From contig CAZFRE010000001.1 in the NCBI GenBank assembly GCA_964521195.1, positions 575-64,574 of the forward strand: a DNA stretch of 64,000 nucleotides. Direction: 5' to 3'. Shown in pieces: positions 28,265 to 37,969 of this stretch (position 1 is the stretch's first letter; every line of letters starts with the position of its first letter). Position numbers and translations under genes: made by a program. Source of the DNA: an uncultured Eubacteriales bacterium. Lineage in GTDB: Bacteria; Actinomycetota; Coriobacteriia; Anaerosomatales; JAAXUF01. The notes beneath the pieces were generated by a model. The model saw nothing but the letters and a program-made list of their open reading frames with translations, searched no databases and was not told the DNA's origin.

Positions 28265-29940
28265 GTGCCGAGAACGCTGCAGCAGCGCCCAATGAAGGGG
28301 CAGGCGGCTCGACCAAGGGCGGTCTGCTCGACGTCATCGAGCGCGTTGGCAATAAGGTCCCGCATCCGGCGATCCTCTTCATGGTGCTGTGCCTCGGCAT
28401 GATCGTGCTGTCGCAGGTGTTCTACCTGCTCGGAGCGAGCGCCACATACGAGGTCGTGAAGCCGGCGCCGGCGCAGGTGGAGCAGGTCGACATCGCCGGC
28501 TCGACGCTGCCCGCCGAGCTCCTGCCCGCCGAGCAGGCCGATGCCGCTGACTACAAGGTCGTGACCGAGACGGTGGAAGCGCGGGGCCTGCTGACCGCCG
28601 ACGGCATCCGCTTCCTGTTCACGTCGTTCGTGCGCAACTTCATGGGCTTCACGGCGATGGGCATCATCCTCATCGTCATGATCGGCGTCGGAATCGCCGA
28701 GCTATCGGGCTTGATCGCCTCGCTCATACGCAAGCTGGTGGCGGTCTCCTCGGCGGCCACGCTCACGTTCATCATCGTGTTCCTCGGCATCATCTCGAGC
28801 ATCGCGTCTGACGCAGGCTACCTGGTGCTGATCCCGCTCGGCGCCGCGGCGTTCATGAGTGTCAAGCGCCACCCGCTCGCAGGCATGGCGGCCGCGTTCG
28901 CCGGCGTGGCCGGCGGCTTTGGCGTGAACCTGCTCGTGACGCCGACCGACGCGATCCTCACCGAGATCACCAACGAGGCGATCCACCTGGTCAATCCTGC
29001 GATGTCCATCGACATCACGGCGAACCTGTACTTCGGGATCGGTTCGACAATCGTGCTCACCGTGGTACTCGCGCTCGTGACGACGCACGTCGTCGAGAAG
29101 CGGCTGGGCACCTACGATCCCTCGTTCGCACCCGCCGCCGATCAGGACGCCGGCACGTCCGACGCGTTCGCCGACATCACTCCGGAGCAGGACGCCAAGG
29201 GGCTGAAGTACTCGGGAATCGGGACGCTGATCGTGCTGGTCGTCGTCGGGCTGCTCACGTTTCCGCCGGGCGCCCCGCTGCGCGACACCGTGACTGGCGC
29301 GATCATCGGCACGTCCCCGTTCATGGACAGCCTCATCGTCATCATCGCGCTCGTGTTCCTCGGCGCGGGGATGGGCTACGGGCGCGGGGCGGGCACCCTC
29401 AAGACGAGCGATGACCTCATCGGCGCGATACAGAAGTCGTGGGCGGGGCTGGCGGGGCTGCTGTTCCTGTTCCTGCTCATCGCCCAGTTCATCGCCTACT
29501 TCAACTACTCGAATCTCGCGCAGATCGCCGCTGTTCGCCTCGGCGACACCATCGAGAGCATGAACGTGGGGAGCCTCTGGCTGCTGTTGGGAGCCATCGG
29601 GATCACCGCGGTGGTCGGCGTCATCATGCCGCAGGCGATCGCGAAGTGGGCGCTGCTCGCCCCGATCTTCGTCCCGCTGTTCCTGCGGCTCGACATCGCG
29701 CCCGCCGTGGTGCTCGCCGCCTACCGCGTGGGCGACTCGCCGATGAACATCGTCACCCCGATCATGGCGTACTTCCCGCTCATCGTGGTGTTCGCGGCCC
29801 GCTACGACAAACGTTCCGGGATCGGCACGATCATCGCGCTCATGCTGCCGTACTTCATCGCGCTGACGATCGCCTGGACGCTGTTCTTCGCCGCGTGGTA
29901 CCTGCTCGGTATCCCGTGGGGCCCGGGGGCGCCGATGTAG
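28261..29940 (+). CDS. abgT: AbgT-family transporter
   Basis: IERVGNKVPHP, RHPLAG, YRVGDSPMNIVTP and GIGTIIALMLPY. Confidence 0.9.
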   Translation: MSAENAAAAPNEGAGGSTKGGLLDVIERVGNKVPHPAILFMVLCLGMIVLSQVFYLLGASATYEVVKPAPAQVEQVDIAGSTLPAELLPAEQADAADYKVVTETVEARGLLTADGIRFLFTSFVRNFMGFTAMGIILIVMIGVGIAELSGLIASLIRKLVAVSSAATLTFIIVFLGIISSIASDAGYLVLIPLGAAAFMSVKRHPLAGMAAAFAGVAGGFGVNLLVTPTDAILTEITNEAIHLVNPAMSIDITANLYFGIGSTIVLTVVLALVTTHVVEKRLGTYDPSFAPAADQDAGTSDAFADITPEQDAKGLKYSGIGTLIVLVVVGLLTFPPGAPLRDTVTGAIIGTSPFMDSLIVIIALVFLGAGMGYGRGAGTLKTSDDLIGAIQKSWAGLAGLLFLFLLIAQFIAYFNYSNLAQIAAVRLGDTIESMNVGSLWLLLGAIGITAVVGVIMPQAIAKWALLAPIFVPLFLRLDIAPAVVLAAYRVGDSPMNIVTPIMAYFPLIVVFAARYDKRSGIGTIIALMLPYFIALTIAWTLFFAAWYLLGIPWGPGAPM

Positions 29941-29977
29941 CGTTGCGCATCAGCGTCGGGACCGCCGATCCGCTCGG

Positions 29978-30757
29978 CTACTGCGCGTTGTCGGCGAACC
30001 GCAGCTGTGCGATGGTCGCGGCGATTCCGGCCACGAACGTCACCGCGAGTACGACATAACTCGCCGCAGGCAGCGTCTGCGGCGAGCCCACCATGCCGAT
30101 CATGAGCGGCACGATCGACCACGGGAAGTACTCGGCCCAGCCCGTCTTCCCGAACAGGTTCCCCAGCGCCATCATGGCGATCGCGAACGCGATCGGTGCC
30201 GAGCTGCCACGCGCCCACACGGTGATCCAGGCCACGACCGGGGCGAGCAGGAACGAAATCGCGGATGCGAGCAGCGCATTGCCGATCCCGCCCACCGCCA
30301 GGCCCGCAGAGAACCCCGGCAGCCCGAGAGCGAAGCCGATGACGAGCGCTTCAGCGAGAACCGCGACCGTGAGCGCCGCCCACCACGCGGCGGCGACCAG
30401 TAGTTTCGCGACCACGAACCAGTGACGCATGATGGGCGAGGCGAGCATGTTCTTCGCGGTAGCGTCGTCGTACTCGCGGCCGAACAGGTAGGCGACGATG
30501 AACGCCAGCAGTAGCATGCCGCCGATGCCGACGATGAGCGTCAGCATCTCGAAGTAGGCAGGCCAGGTGGCTTCGAGTCCGGCGAGATTGGCCTTCGCCC
30601 CCAGCAGTCCAAGCTGCGCCGCGCGACCCGGTTCGCGCACGATCCACATGAACAGCGCGATGCCGAGCGGCCCCAGAGACAGCCCTCCCAGGGTTGCCCA
30701 CGTGACCTTGCAGCGGCGCAACTTCATGAACTCGGTGGCAAGCACCTGCGTGAACAT
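29978..30757 (-). CDS. ABC-2 type permease (BcrB-like)
   Basis: EFMKLRR, FGREY...T.KNML..P and six TM segments. Confidence 0.85.
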   Translation of the reverse strand: MFTQVLATEFMKLRRCKVTWATLGGLSLGPLGIALFMWIVREPGRAAQLGLLGAKANLAGLEATWPAYFEMLTLIVGIGGMLLLAFIVAYLFGREYDDATAKNMLASPIMRHWFVVAKLLVAAAWWAALTVAVLAEALVIGFALGLPGFSAGLAVGGIGNALLASAISFLLAPVVAWITVWARGSSAPIAFAIAMMALGNLFGKTGWAEYFPWSIVPLMIGMVGSPQTLPAASYVVLAVTFVAGIAATIAQLRFADNAQ

Positions 30758-31554
30758 CAGGCGTCGCCCCCGTTGGAGCCGTCGCCCGTTCGCGCGAGGA
30801 AGTAGCGCTCAAGGTCCATCGTGAGCAGCGCTTGTTCGCGCTCCTCGGCGGTGTAGGCGTCGGAGGCGAAGGCGCGGGCCTTGGCGGCGAGTTCATCGCG
30901 CGACGACTCCTCGATGAGCCGCCCGTCGTGCACGATGCCGATACGGTCGGCGAGGTGCGCGACCTCGGCGAGGATGTGGCTGCTCATGAAGACGGTCACG
31001 CCCTGCTCGCTCGCGAGCCGGCGCAACAGGCTGCGGACCTCTACGATCCCGGCCGGGTCGAGGGCGTTGGCCGGCTCGTCGAGGATGAGCAGTTCGGGCG
31101 AGTGGAGCAGTGCGCGCGCGAGCGAGAGGCGCTGCTTGTTACCGAGCGACAGCTTGCCGCTCACGCGGTCTGCATAAGCCCCCAGGCCGAGGAGTTCGAT
31201 CGTCTCGGCGATGGCGGTCTTTGGGGCGCCGGTGAGACGGCGGGCGATGTCGAGGTTCTCTCGGACGGTGAGGTTGGGGTAGGCGGACGCGGACTCCACC
31301 AGAAAGCCGATGCGCGCGAACACGTCCTGCTCGCCCGGCTCGATGCGCTTGCCGAGCACCGTGACGTCACCCGAACTCGGCCGGATGAGGCCCAGCAGCA
31401 TGCGGATCGTCGTCGTCTTGCCGGCCCCGTTTCGTCCCAGGAACCCGTAGATCTCGCCTCGGCGGACATTGAGGTCGAGCGACTCGACGGCGGTCACGTC
31501 GCGGTAGCGCTTGGTGAGCGCGCGCGTGCTGATCGCCATGTCGCCGGTTGTCAT
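30757..31554 (-). CDS. ABC transporter ATP-binding protein (BcrA-like)
   Basis: GRNGAGKTT, LSLGNKQR, LILDEP and SSH. Confidence 0.92.
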   Translation of the reverse strand: MTTGDMAISTRALTKRYRDVTAVESLDLNVRRGEIYGFLGRNGAGKTTTIRMLLGLIRPSSGDVTVLGKRIEPGEQDVFARIGFLVESASAYPNLTVRENLDIARRLTGAPKTAIAETIELLGLGAYADRVSGKLSLGNKQRLSLARALLHSPELLILDEPANALDPAGIVEVRSLLRRLASEQGVTVFMSSHILAEVAHLADRIGIVHDGRLIEESSRDELAAKARAFASDAYTAEEREQALLTMDLERYFLARTGDGSNGGDA

Positions 31555-32153
31555 GCGCAGGCCCCTGGGTAGCCGAGCGCGCGAAGTGCCAGCTGGGTCG
31601 CGGACTCGATCGCCGCCGGCATCCGGGCGGCGGGAGTGCCTGCGAGCTCGACGCTTTGCAGCCCGGCCATGACGAACCACGCGGCTGCGCGCGCGTCGGG
31701 CACGTCGAAGACGCCCTCTGCGACGCCCTGCGCGACGATCGACTCGACGAGCGGCAGTAGCGCGGGCACGAGGTGCTCGGCGAGGCGATCGTGCAGGGCG
31801 CGGTTCTCGGGGCGGTGGATGAAGTCGGCGAGTGCGAGCGCGGCGGCGTCCTCGTCGAAGCGGATCAGCACGTCGCGCAGGCCGAGGAACTTGTCGAGAG
31901 CGGTGGTGCCGGCCGCGCTGACGGCGGACTCGATCTCGGCGACCATCTGCGCGCCGATCCGGTCGACGACTGCGAGGACCACGTCATCCTTGGTGTCGAA
32001 GTACAGGTAGAAGGTGCCCTGCGCCACGCCCGCAGCCTTCACGATGTCGGACACGGCCGTGTTCGCGACGCCGCGATCTGCGAAGCAGGCGGCAGCGGCC
32101 GAGGCGAGTTCGGCTCGGCGGGCGGCGGGATCTGTGCGTGGGCGAGGGGTCAT
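31551..32153 (-). CDS. TetR/AcrR family regulator
   Basis: FADRGVANTAVSDIVKAAGVAQGTFYLYF HTH. Confidence 0.92.
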   Translation of the reverse strand: MTPRPRTDPAARRAELASAAAACFADRGVANTAVSDIVKAAGVAQGTFYLYFDTKDDVVLAVVDRIGAQMVAEIESAVSAAGTTALDKFLGLRDVLIRFDEDAAALALADFIHRPENRALHDRLAEHLVPALLPLVESIVAQGVAEGVFDVPDARAAAWFVMAGLQSVELAGTPAARMPAAIESATQLALRALGYPGACA

Positions 32154-32175
32154 GGGGGCAGTGTAGCACGAATAC

Positions 32176-32192
32176 TGACTGACAGTCAGTCA
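32176..32192. promoter_or_regulatory. Probable TetR operator
   Basis: Perfect palindrome TGACTGAC-A-GTCAGTCA, 23 nt upstream of the TetR start. Confidence 0.7.
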
Positions 32193-32199
32193 TATAACT

Positions 32200-33204
32200 C
32201 TAGGGGCGAGTGACGCTTGCGCCCGAGACGGTGAACGTATCGACCAGCGTGCCGCGCACCGAGTAGAACTCGCCCTCGAGTGTGTCCTCGGCGACGGTGA
32301 GCTTGAGCGCGCCCCAGTTGGACCGGTAGCGCCTGACGCTGCCCCGCAGCGGCTTGGCGAAGCCGTACCGCGACGCGCCGCCGAGCCCGTTCACCACATA
32401 GCTGATGCCGTTCCGCTCGATTCGCTCGTACGTGTGCGCATGCCCGGAGAGCACCATGTCCGCGCCCCACCGGGCGAAGGGCCACCGCATCACCGTCGTC
32501 GACCCGTGCTTGTTGTCCGATGAGTACGGCGGATGGTGGTCCACCACCAGTTTGAACTGCGACTGTGACGCAGCAAGCGCCTTGCGGAGCCACCGCGCCT
32601 GCTTCGACGAGCTGCTTCGACCGCTCGGCTCCTGACGATTCGAGTTGAGGATGAAGAGGTGTACGGGCCCCTGGACCACGTCGTAGTAGCGCTCGTTGCC
32701 CGGCAGCTTGAAGTAGGAGAGGTACGTCTTGGGCGACGGCGTCGCATCGGTGTAGTCGTGGTTGCCGAGCGAGGGGTAGAAGCGACGCTCCCGTACCCAC
32801 GTGCCGTAGTAAGCGCCGGTCGAGCGCCGGTAACGGCTGCTTCCGGTCCCGCCCGCGCGGCGGTAGTAGTCGTCGCCGGTCGTGAAGACGAACGAGGGCT
32901 CCCATGAGGCGACGAGGCTTGCGACCTCTGCGGCATGCGAATCGTTCGTGCCGTAGTCGCCGATGACCGCGAGCACGAGCGGTACCGTGGGTTCGACCGA
33001 TGCGGTCGGTTCAGCCGAGCCGGTCGCGGGTTCAGCCGTCAGGGCCGTCGTGACCCCCGTCGCGGGCGACGAGGCCACGCTGGCGGGTGGCATGCTGAGA
33101 GGCTCGAGCGCGCATCCTGCGAGCACGCACACAAGCGCGAAGGCACTCACGAATCCTGGCACGAACCCGTGCGCGACGATCGGCGGCGTGCTGCGGCTCG
33201 GCAT
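32200..33204 (-). CDS. Exported metallophosphoesterase (acid phosphatase-like), likely lipoprotein
   Basis: LAGC lipobox, IGDYG, TGDDYY, LGNHD, HHPPYS and SGHAHTYER. Start is uncertain. Confidence 0.85.
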   Translation of the reverse strand: MPSRSTPPIVAHGFVPGFVSAFALVCVLAGCALEPLSMPPASVASSPATGVTTALTAEPATGSAEPTASVEPTVPLVLAVIGDYGTNDSHAAEVASLVASWEPSFVFTTGDDYYRRAGGTGSSRYRRSTGAYYGTWVRERRFYPSLGNHDYTDATPSPKTYLSYFKLPGNERYYDVVQGPVHLFILNSNRQEPSGRSSSSKQARWLRKALAASQSQFKLVVDHHPPYSSDNKHGSTTVMRWPFARWGADMVLSGHAHTYERIERNGISYVVNGLGGASRYGFAKPLRGSVRRYRSNWGALKLTVAEDTLEGEFYSVRGTLVDTFTVSGASVTRP

Positions 33205-33305
33205 CCCCGACTCCTTCAGCGGCGGACGAGCGCTACCGGGAGTTGGTACCCAGGCTTAGGGTAGAAGCCTCTCGGTGGGTTCACGCACACGACAGAGGGA
33301 GCGAC

Positions 33306-33494
33306 ATGGGAAACGCGGGCAACAACAGCGCGGCCGCAGGGGCAGGTGCGGTCTACGGCCTCGGGATCTTCGGAGCAGTCGTGTACTACGTGCAGACGGC
33401 GACAAGCTTCTTCGGCGGTCTCATCGGCATCATCAAGGCGTTCTTCTGGCCGGGATTCGTCGTCTACGAGCTGATGCGGTTCCTGAATATGTAG
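33306..33494 (+). CDS. Small two-TM membrane protein (62 aa)
   Basis: GAGGGAG RBS; GAVYGLGIFGAVVYY...IKAFFWP..VVY. Confidence 0.7.
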   Translation: MGNAGNNSAAAGAGAVYGLGIFGAVVYYVQTATSFFGGLIGIIKAFFWPGFVVYELMRFLNM

Positions 33495-33580
33495 CCGAGC
33501 GGTTGCCGGGCGCTGTTATTCTTCTGGCCGACCCATATCCGACGCCCGCGACGCTCCAGCGCGGGATCTCAGGAGGCTTC

Positions 33581-34480
33581 GTGCCCGCACGCATCGCGCT
33601 TGTCACGACAGACGTCCCCGAGCTCCTCGAGCACGAGTTCGACATCGAGCCGCTGCTCGCTGAGTTCGCGCGTCGCGGCATCCACGCGGATGCGCCGGTG
33701 TGGCACGACGTCACGGTGGACTGGAGCGCCTACGACCTCATCGTGATGCGCTCGCCCTGGGACTACTCGCTGCGAACGTGCGAGTTCCTCGCGTGGCTCG
33801 ATGCGCTGCCGGACGGTCGTGTGCTCAACCCGCCAGCCGTCATCCGCTGGAATCTCGACAAGCGCTACCTGCTCGACCTGGAGGCGCTCGGCGTGACGAT
33901 CGTGCCGACAACCGTTGCGGCGACGCTGGCGGAGGTCCGCATGGCCGCGGGGGCCATCCCCGGCCGCGTCGTCGTGAAGCCCAACATCGGCGCGGGCTCG
34001 TGGGGCGCGCACCTCACGCACGCCGACGACCCGCGACTGCCCGAGTACGTCGCCGAGGTGTTCGACGCCGGCAAGCTCGTGCTCGTGGAGCCTGAGGTGC
34101 CGGAGATCACGGGTGGCAACGAGCACGGCCTGCTCTTCTTCGACGGCGAGTTCTCGCACGCGATCATCAAGGGCCGCATCCTCGGCGACGACGGAGGGTA
34201 CTTTGGCGGCGTCTACGACGAGGTCATCACCCCGGTCGTCCCGAGCGACGCCGAGATTGCGATGGCGCGCCGCTGCAGCCAAGCCATCGCCCGCATCGCC
34301 AAGGAGCGCGGCTGGGCTCTCGGCGCCGATGCGACGCCGCTGTACGCGCGCTACGACATCGTCACCGGCGCGAACGGGCCGATGATCATCGAGGCCGAGC
34401 TCTTCGAGCCGAGCTACTTCGTAGAGTTCGCGCCGGGCAGCGTCGAGCGCGTGGTCGACGCGATGGTGCGGAGGCTGTAG
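33581..34480 (+). CDS. RimK/glutathione-synthetase-like ATP-grasp protein
   Basis: RSPWDY, N....WNLDKRYL, VVKPNIGAGS, YARYD and IEAELFEPS; AGGAGG RBS. Confidence 0.85.
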   Translation: MPARIALVTTDVPELLEHEFDIEPLLAEFARRGIHADAPVWHDVTVDWSAYDLIVMRSPWDYSLRTCEFLAWLDALPDGRVLNPPAVIRWNLDKRYLLDLEALGVTIVPTTVAATLAEVRMAAGAIPGRVVVKPNIGAGSWGAHLTHADDPRLPEYVAEVFDAGKLVLVEPEVPEITGGNEHGLLFFDGEFSHAIIKGRILGDDGGYFGGVYDEVITPVVPSDAEIAMARRCSQAIARIAKERGWALGADATPLYARYDIVTGANGPMIIEAELFEPSYFVEFAPGSVERVVDAMVRRL

Positions 34481-34483
34481 GGC

Positions 34484-35437
34484 ATGATCGCCATCCTGTT
34501 CACAGTCGTGGGATGTGCACTTCTCTTCGGCGGGGGCGAGGTGCTCGTGCGGGGGGCGGTGGCGATTTCGTTGCGGCTGGGGATCTCGAGGATGCTCGTC
34601 GGCATGACGGTCGTCGCATTTTGCACGTCGTCGCCCGAGCTGTTGGTATCGGTTCAGGCGGCGCTGGGTGGATCGCCGGACATCGGGCTCGGGAACGTGG
34701 TAGGCAGCAACATAGCGAACGTGGGACTGGTCTTGGGACTGACCGCCGTGATCCTGCCGATACTCGTGGAGCCTCGAGAGCTCAGGCGCGATCTCGTGCT
34801 CATGGTCGGATCGTCTGTCGCACTGCTCGCGCTCGGCCTGCTCGGGCAGATCGGACGCGTTGCCGGCATCGCGATGCTCGCGCTTCTCGGCGGCTACATC
34901 TGGCTTTCCTACCGTATCGAGCTGGGCGAGAAGCCCGTGTCCGATGAGGATTGGCACGCCGAGGAGACTGAGGAGTTCGCCGACGTGGTGATTCCGCTCT
35001 GGGTGTCGGTGGCGATGCTGGTGAGTGGGCTCGCGGCCCTCGTGCTAGGGGCGCAGCTGGTGATACGTGGCGCCTCCGAGATCGCAGTTGCGCTCGGCGT
35101 CCCGGAGGCAGTCGTGGCGCTGACGGTGGTGGCGCTGGGGACCTCGCTTCCGGAGCTGGCCACCTCGATCACGGCCGCTCGCCGAGGTCACACCGACGTG
35201 GCCGTGGGCAACGTGATCGGCAGCAACGCGTTCAACATCATGCTCATCCTGGGCACGACGGCGGTGATCTCTCCGCTGACCGTGAGCGAACGGATGGCGC
35301 GCGTCGACATTCCAGTGATGCTGGGGTTCACGCTGCTGGCGGCGGTTCCGCTGATGACGACTGGCCGAATCGGCCGAGTGTTCGGTGCCGCGTTGCTCGG
35401 CGCGTATGCAGCGTACGTGATCGTGCTGTACGTGTAG
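34484..35437 (+). CDS. Calcium/sodium antiporter (CaCA, YrbG-like)
   Basis: Two alpha repeats, TSSPELL..GNVVGSNIAN and TSLPELA..GNVIGSNAFN. Confidence 0.92.
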   Translation: MIAILFTVVGCALLFGGGEVLVRGAVAISLRLGISRMLVGMTVVAFCTSSPELLVSVQAALGGSPDIGLGNVVGSNIANVGLVLGLTAVILPILVEPRELRRDLVLMVGSSVALLALGLLGQIGRVAGIAMLALLGGYIWLSYRIELGEKPVSDEDWHAEETEEFADVVIPLWVSVAMLVSGLAALVLGAQLVIRGASEIAVALGVPEAVVALTVVALGTSLPELATSITAARRGHTDVAVGNVIGSNAFNIMLILGTTAVISPLTVSERMARVDIPVMLGFTLLAAVPLMTTGRIGRVFGAALLGAYAAYVIVLYV

Positions 35438-35532
35438 CTCGCGCAGATGTGGCGAGTGGTCAGCTGCGCACGTGGTTTGCTCTGAGTCAGCCGACAGGCG
35501 CCGATCAGGTCCGATTCGAGAAGGCCGATTCC

Positions 35533-36174
35533 ATGACACGACGCGTGGGGATACTTGCGTTGCTTGCGGCGGCAAGTGCGACGCTCATTCTCGTCGGCTG
35601 CAGCGCGCCAGCCGCGCGTCCGGCCGCCGTGCCGGCGACCACGACCGCATCCACGACGACACCGACAGGAGGCGCGAACGTGAAGACCATCTACCTCGCA
35701 GGCGGGTGCTTCTGGGGGCTCGAGAAGTATGTCGGGCTGGTGCGCGGTGTGAGCGGCACAGAAGCCGGCTACGCGAACGGCACCCGTGATAACGCGCGCT
35801 ATGGCGATGGCAGCGGCTATGCCGAGGTCGTCAAGATCGAGTACGACCCGGCAGTCGCGCCGCTGCCGTTCCTGCTCGACCTCTACTACGACGCGATCGA
35901 GCCGACATCGGTGAACCGGCAGGGGAACGACGTCGGGGTCGAGTACCGCACCGGGATCTACTACACCGACCCGGAGGACGAGGCCGCCATCAGGGCGTCG
36001 ATCGCCGAGCTGCAGAAGAGCTTCTCGGCGCCTGTCGCGATCGAGGTCGGGCCGCTTGTGCGCTACACGCCCGCCGAGGAGTACCACCAGGACTACCTCG
36101 ACAAGAACCCGGGCGGCTACTGCCACATCCCGCGCAAGCTCTTCGACGCGGCGGCTCAGGCGCGGCCGAAATAG
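35533..36174 (+). CDS. msrA: Peptide methionine sulfoxide reductase A with lipoprotein signal
   Basis: LAGGCFWG, RQGND.G..YRTGIY and AEEYHQDYL.KNP.GYCH; LVGC lipobox. Confidence 0.92.
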   Translation: MTRRVGILALLAAASATLILVGCSAPAARPAAVPATTTASTTTPTGGANVKTIYLAGGCFWGLEKYVGLVRGVSGTEAGYANGTRDNARYGDGSGYAEVVKIEYDPAVAPLPFLLDLYYDAIEPTSVNRQGNDVGVEYRTGIYYTDPEDEAAIRASIAELQKSFSAPVAIEVGPLVRYTPAEEYHQDYLDKNPGGYCHIPRKLFDAAAQARPK

Positions 36175-36282
36175 AATAAGACGAGGTCAAACGCCCCATC
36201 TTGCATCTCCACCATACCACGAAACCGACCTGAGAACGAGTCCTGACATCGCCGGGCAAACGGCGTAGGCTGCCGGTTCGAG

Positions 36283-36930
36283 GTGATGCACATGCTGGTT
36301 CCATTCGAGAGCGAAGCGAACGGCGCGCAGCTCGCCACTGCCGCGCGCGAGCTCATCGCCTGCAACGAGGTCATCGGGCGCTACGGCCTCGCGCTGTCCG
36401 CCGCCGACGCGCAGGCGATCGTGGTGGGGCGCGCCGAGGCGCTCGCGGTGAGCGACCGGGTCGAGTTCGGCGGCGGAGTCGCGAAGGATCTCGTGCTCGC
36501 GTTCGCGGGCTCGCCGCAGGTGTCGCAGTCGACGTTCGTCGAGACGATCCTCGAGCTGCAGGAACTGTTCTACGAGTTCAAGAACGAGTCGCTCGAACAG
36601 CTCACCGACGACGACCTCATCAAGAAGATGCGCACGCTCTTCGACGACTACGCCAACGGCGACGTCGCGCTGCTCGAGGAGGCGCTCTTCGAGGGTCTCA
36701 CCCGCACCATCCGAGACGAGCTCGTGAACCCGCGCCGTCCCGGCTTCCACGACCTCACCGAGTCCGAGAAGATCGACGCCGGCACCGGCTACGACGACGC
36801 TGCGGACCCCGACGCCGACAACGCTGCTGCCAACGCGCACACGCTTGCACAGCACCGCTACGACATCGGCAAGTGGGTCGACGACAAGTTCGAACCCGAA
36901 TGGGAGAGCTCGAGCTGGCTCGACGAGTAG
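36283..36930 (+). CDS. Hypothetical protein, DUF6323-like
   Basis: N....YGL.LS, RVEFGGG, F..SP and LQELFYEFKNE pattern recalled for this family. Confidence 0.65.
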   Translation: MMHMLVPFESEANGAQLATAARELIACNEVIGRYGLALSAADAQAIVVGRAEALAVSDRVEFGGGVAKDLVLAFAGSPQVSQSTFVETILELQELFYEFKNESLEQLTDDDLIKKMRTLFDDYANGDVALLEEALFEGLTRTIRDELVNPRRPGFHDLTESEKIDAGTGYDDAADPDADNAAANAHTLAQHRYDIGKWVDDKFEPEWESSSWLDE

Positions 36931-36941
36931 AGGAGCACCGC

Positions 36942-37847
36942 GTGCCCGACGAGAGCCGATTCGTTCCCGCATCCGCGCCCGGAGCTGACCGCGCCCTCGC
37001 GACGCCCGAGGAGCTCGCTGCGTTCGAGCAGCGCTTCATGCGGCTGCTCGAGCGGCGCACCGCGATCTACACGATGGGCGACAGCACGTCGGTGCCCAAG
37101 CACGTCGCGGTCGACCTGTTGCGCTCGGTGAGCTTCGTGCTCGGTATCGATCCCGAGCGGCCGGAGATACCGGTCGAGCTGCTCGGCGTGGATCTTGAGG
37201 ACGAGTACCGGCGGCGGCTCGGTGTGATCGAGCGCAAGGTCGCGGCGACGGGAGAGCTGTGGCACGAGGTCGTCGCGACGATGCCGGCGATTCCCAGCGT
37301 CGCCCTGCAGGACACGCTCGCGGAGATCGGCAACTTCCCGCGCGTGTACGACTTCCGCTCGATGGCGCACGAGATCCCGCTCACCTTCGACTACCCGCTC
37401 TGCCACCCGGTCGACGAGTCGCTCCAAGGCGTCGAGTACATCCACGAGTACCTGCGCCGCCTCCTGATCGAGGCCGAGTTCCTGCGCCACTTCGAGCGCG
37501 ACGTGTGCATCCGCGTGCTCGAGCGCACGAGCCCCGACTACGCCGAGCTGCTGGTTAACCTCTACGAGCCGGTCGCGACGAACGCTCTCGGTCGCGCGCT
37601 ACTGGGAGCTGACCCGCGACCGCTGCGCATCACCGCTGAGGACCGCGCCGAGCTCGCGCGCCGGCTCGGCCCGCTGGGCGACGCCGAGCGGGCCCGCGCG
37701 CTGCGCGAGGCTGCGAGCGCGGTGTGCGGTGCGCTCGGCATCGAGGATCCCGCTGCGCGCGACTACCTGCGCGAGCTGGTACCGGAGCTGCTGCCGCGCG
37801 TGCGCGTCTCGCTCGCCAACGGTGAGCTGCGCGGGGTGTGGGTCTAG
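36942..37847 (+). CDS. Hypothetical protein, DUF6179-like
   Basis: YTMGDSTSV, FDYPL, GVEYI.EYL and LLVNLYE; AGGAG RBS before GTG. Confidence 0.65.
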   Translation: MPDESRFVPASAPGADRALATPEELAAFEQRFMRLLERRTAIYTMGDSTSVPKHVAVDLLRSVSFVLGIDPERPEIPVELLGVDLEDEYRRRLGVIERKVAATGELWHEVVATMPAIPSVALQDTLAEIGNFPRVYDFRSMAHEIPLTFDYPLCHPVDESLQGVEYIHEYLRRLLIEAEFLRHFERDVCIRVLERTSPDYAELLVNLYEPVATNALGRALLGADPRPLRITAEDRAELARRLGPLGDAERARALREAASAVCGALGIEDPAARDYLRELVPELLPRVRVSLANGELRGVWV

Positions 37848-37861
37848 AATCTCGCGGATTC

Positions 37862-37922
37862 GTGGAAACTGCTTGACAGACGAGTTTCCACGGTGGAAAC
37901 TGGCGGCGTTGAGAGTTTCCAC
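37862..37922. promoter_or_regulatory. Two tandem GTGGAAAC-N14-GTTTCCAC operators over a TTGACA -35
   Basis: 37862-37891 and 37893-37922; TTGACA at 37873-37878. Confidence 0.8.
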
Positions 37923-37969
37923 CACCGACGTCGTCCGCACCACCGACGCCACCGCCAAGGAGCCGCCCC

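Noticed and set aside
33569-34957. Long antisense or alternate-frame ORFs here and at 1110-1907, 24081-25550, 47959-49257 and 60548-61801
   Set aside because: They overlap well-supported genes and show Arg/Ala-rich, motif-free translations.
35695-35720. MsrA as a selenoprotein
   Set aside because: The active site reads GGC-GGG-TGC-TTC-TGG, i.e. Cys, not TGA.
36255-36280. GGCAAAC word resembling a second c-di-GMP-I riboswitch
   Set aside because: No GNRA-capped P2, no CGCAAA and no TACC elements follow.
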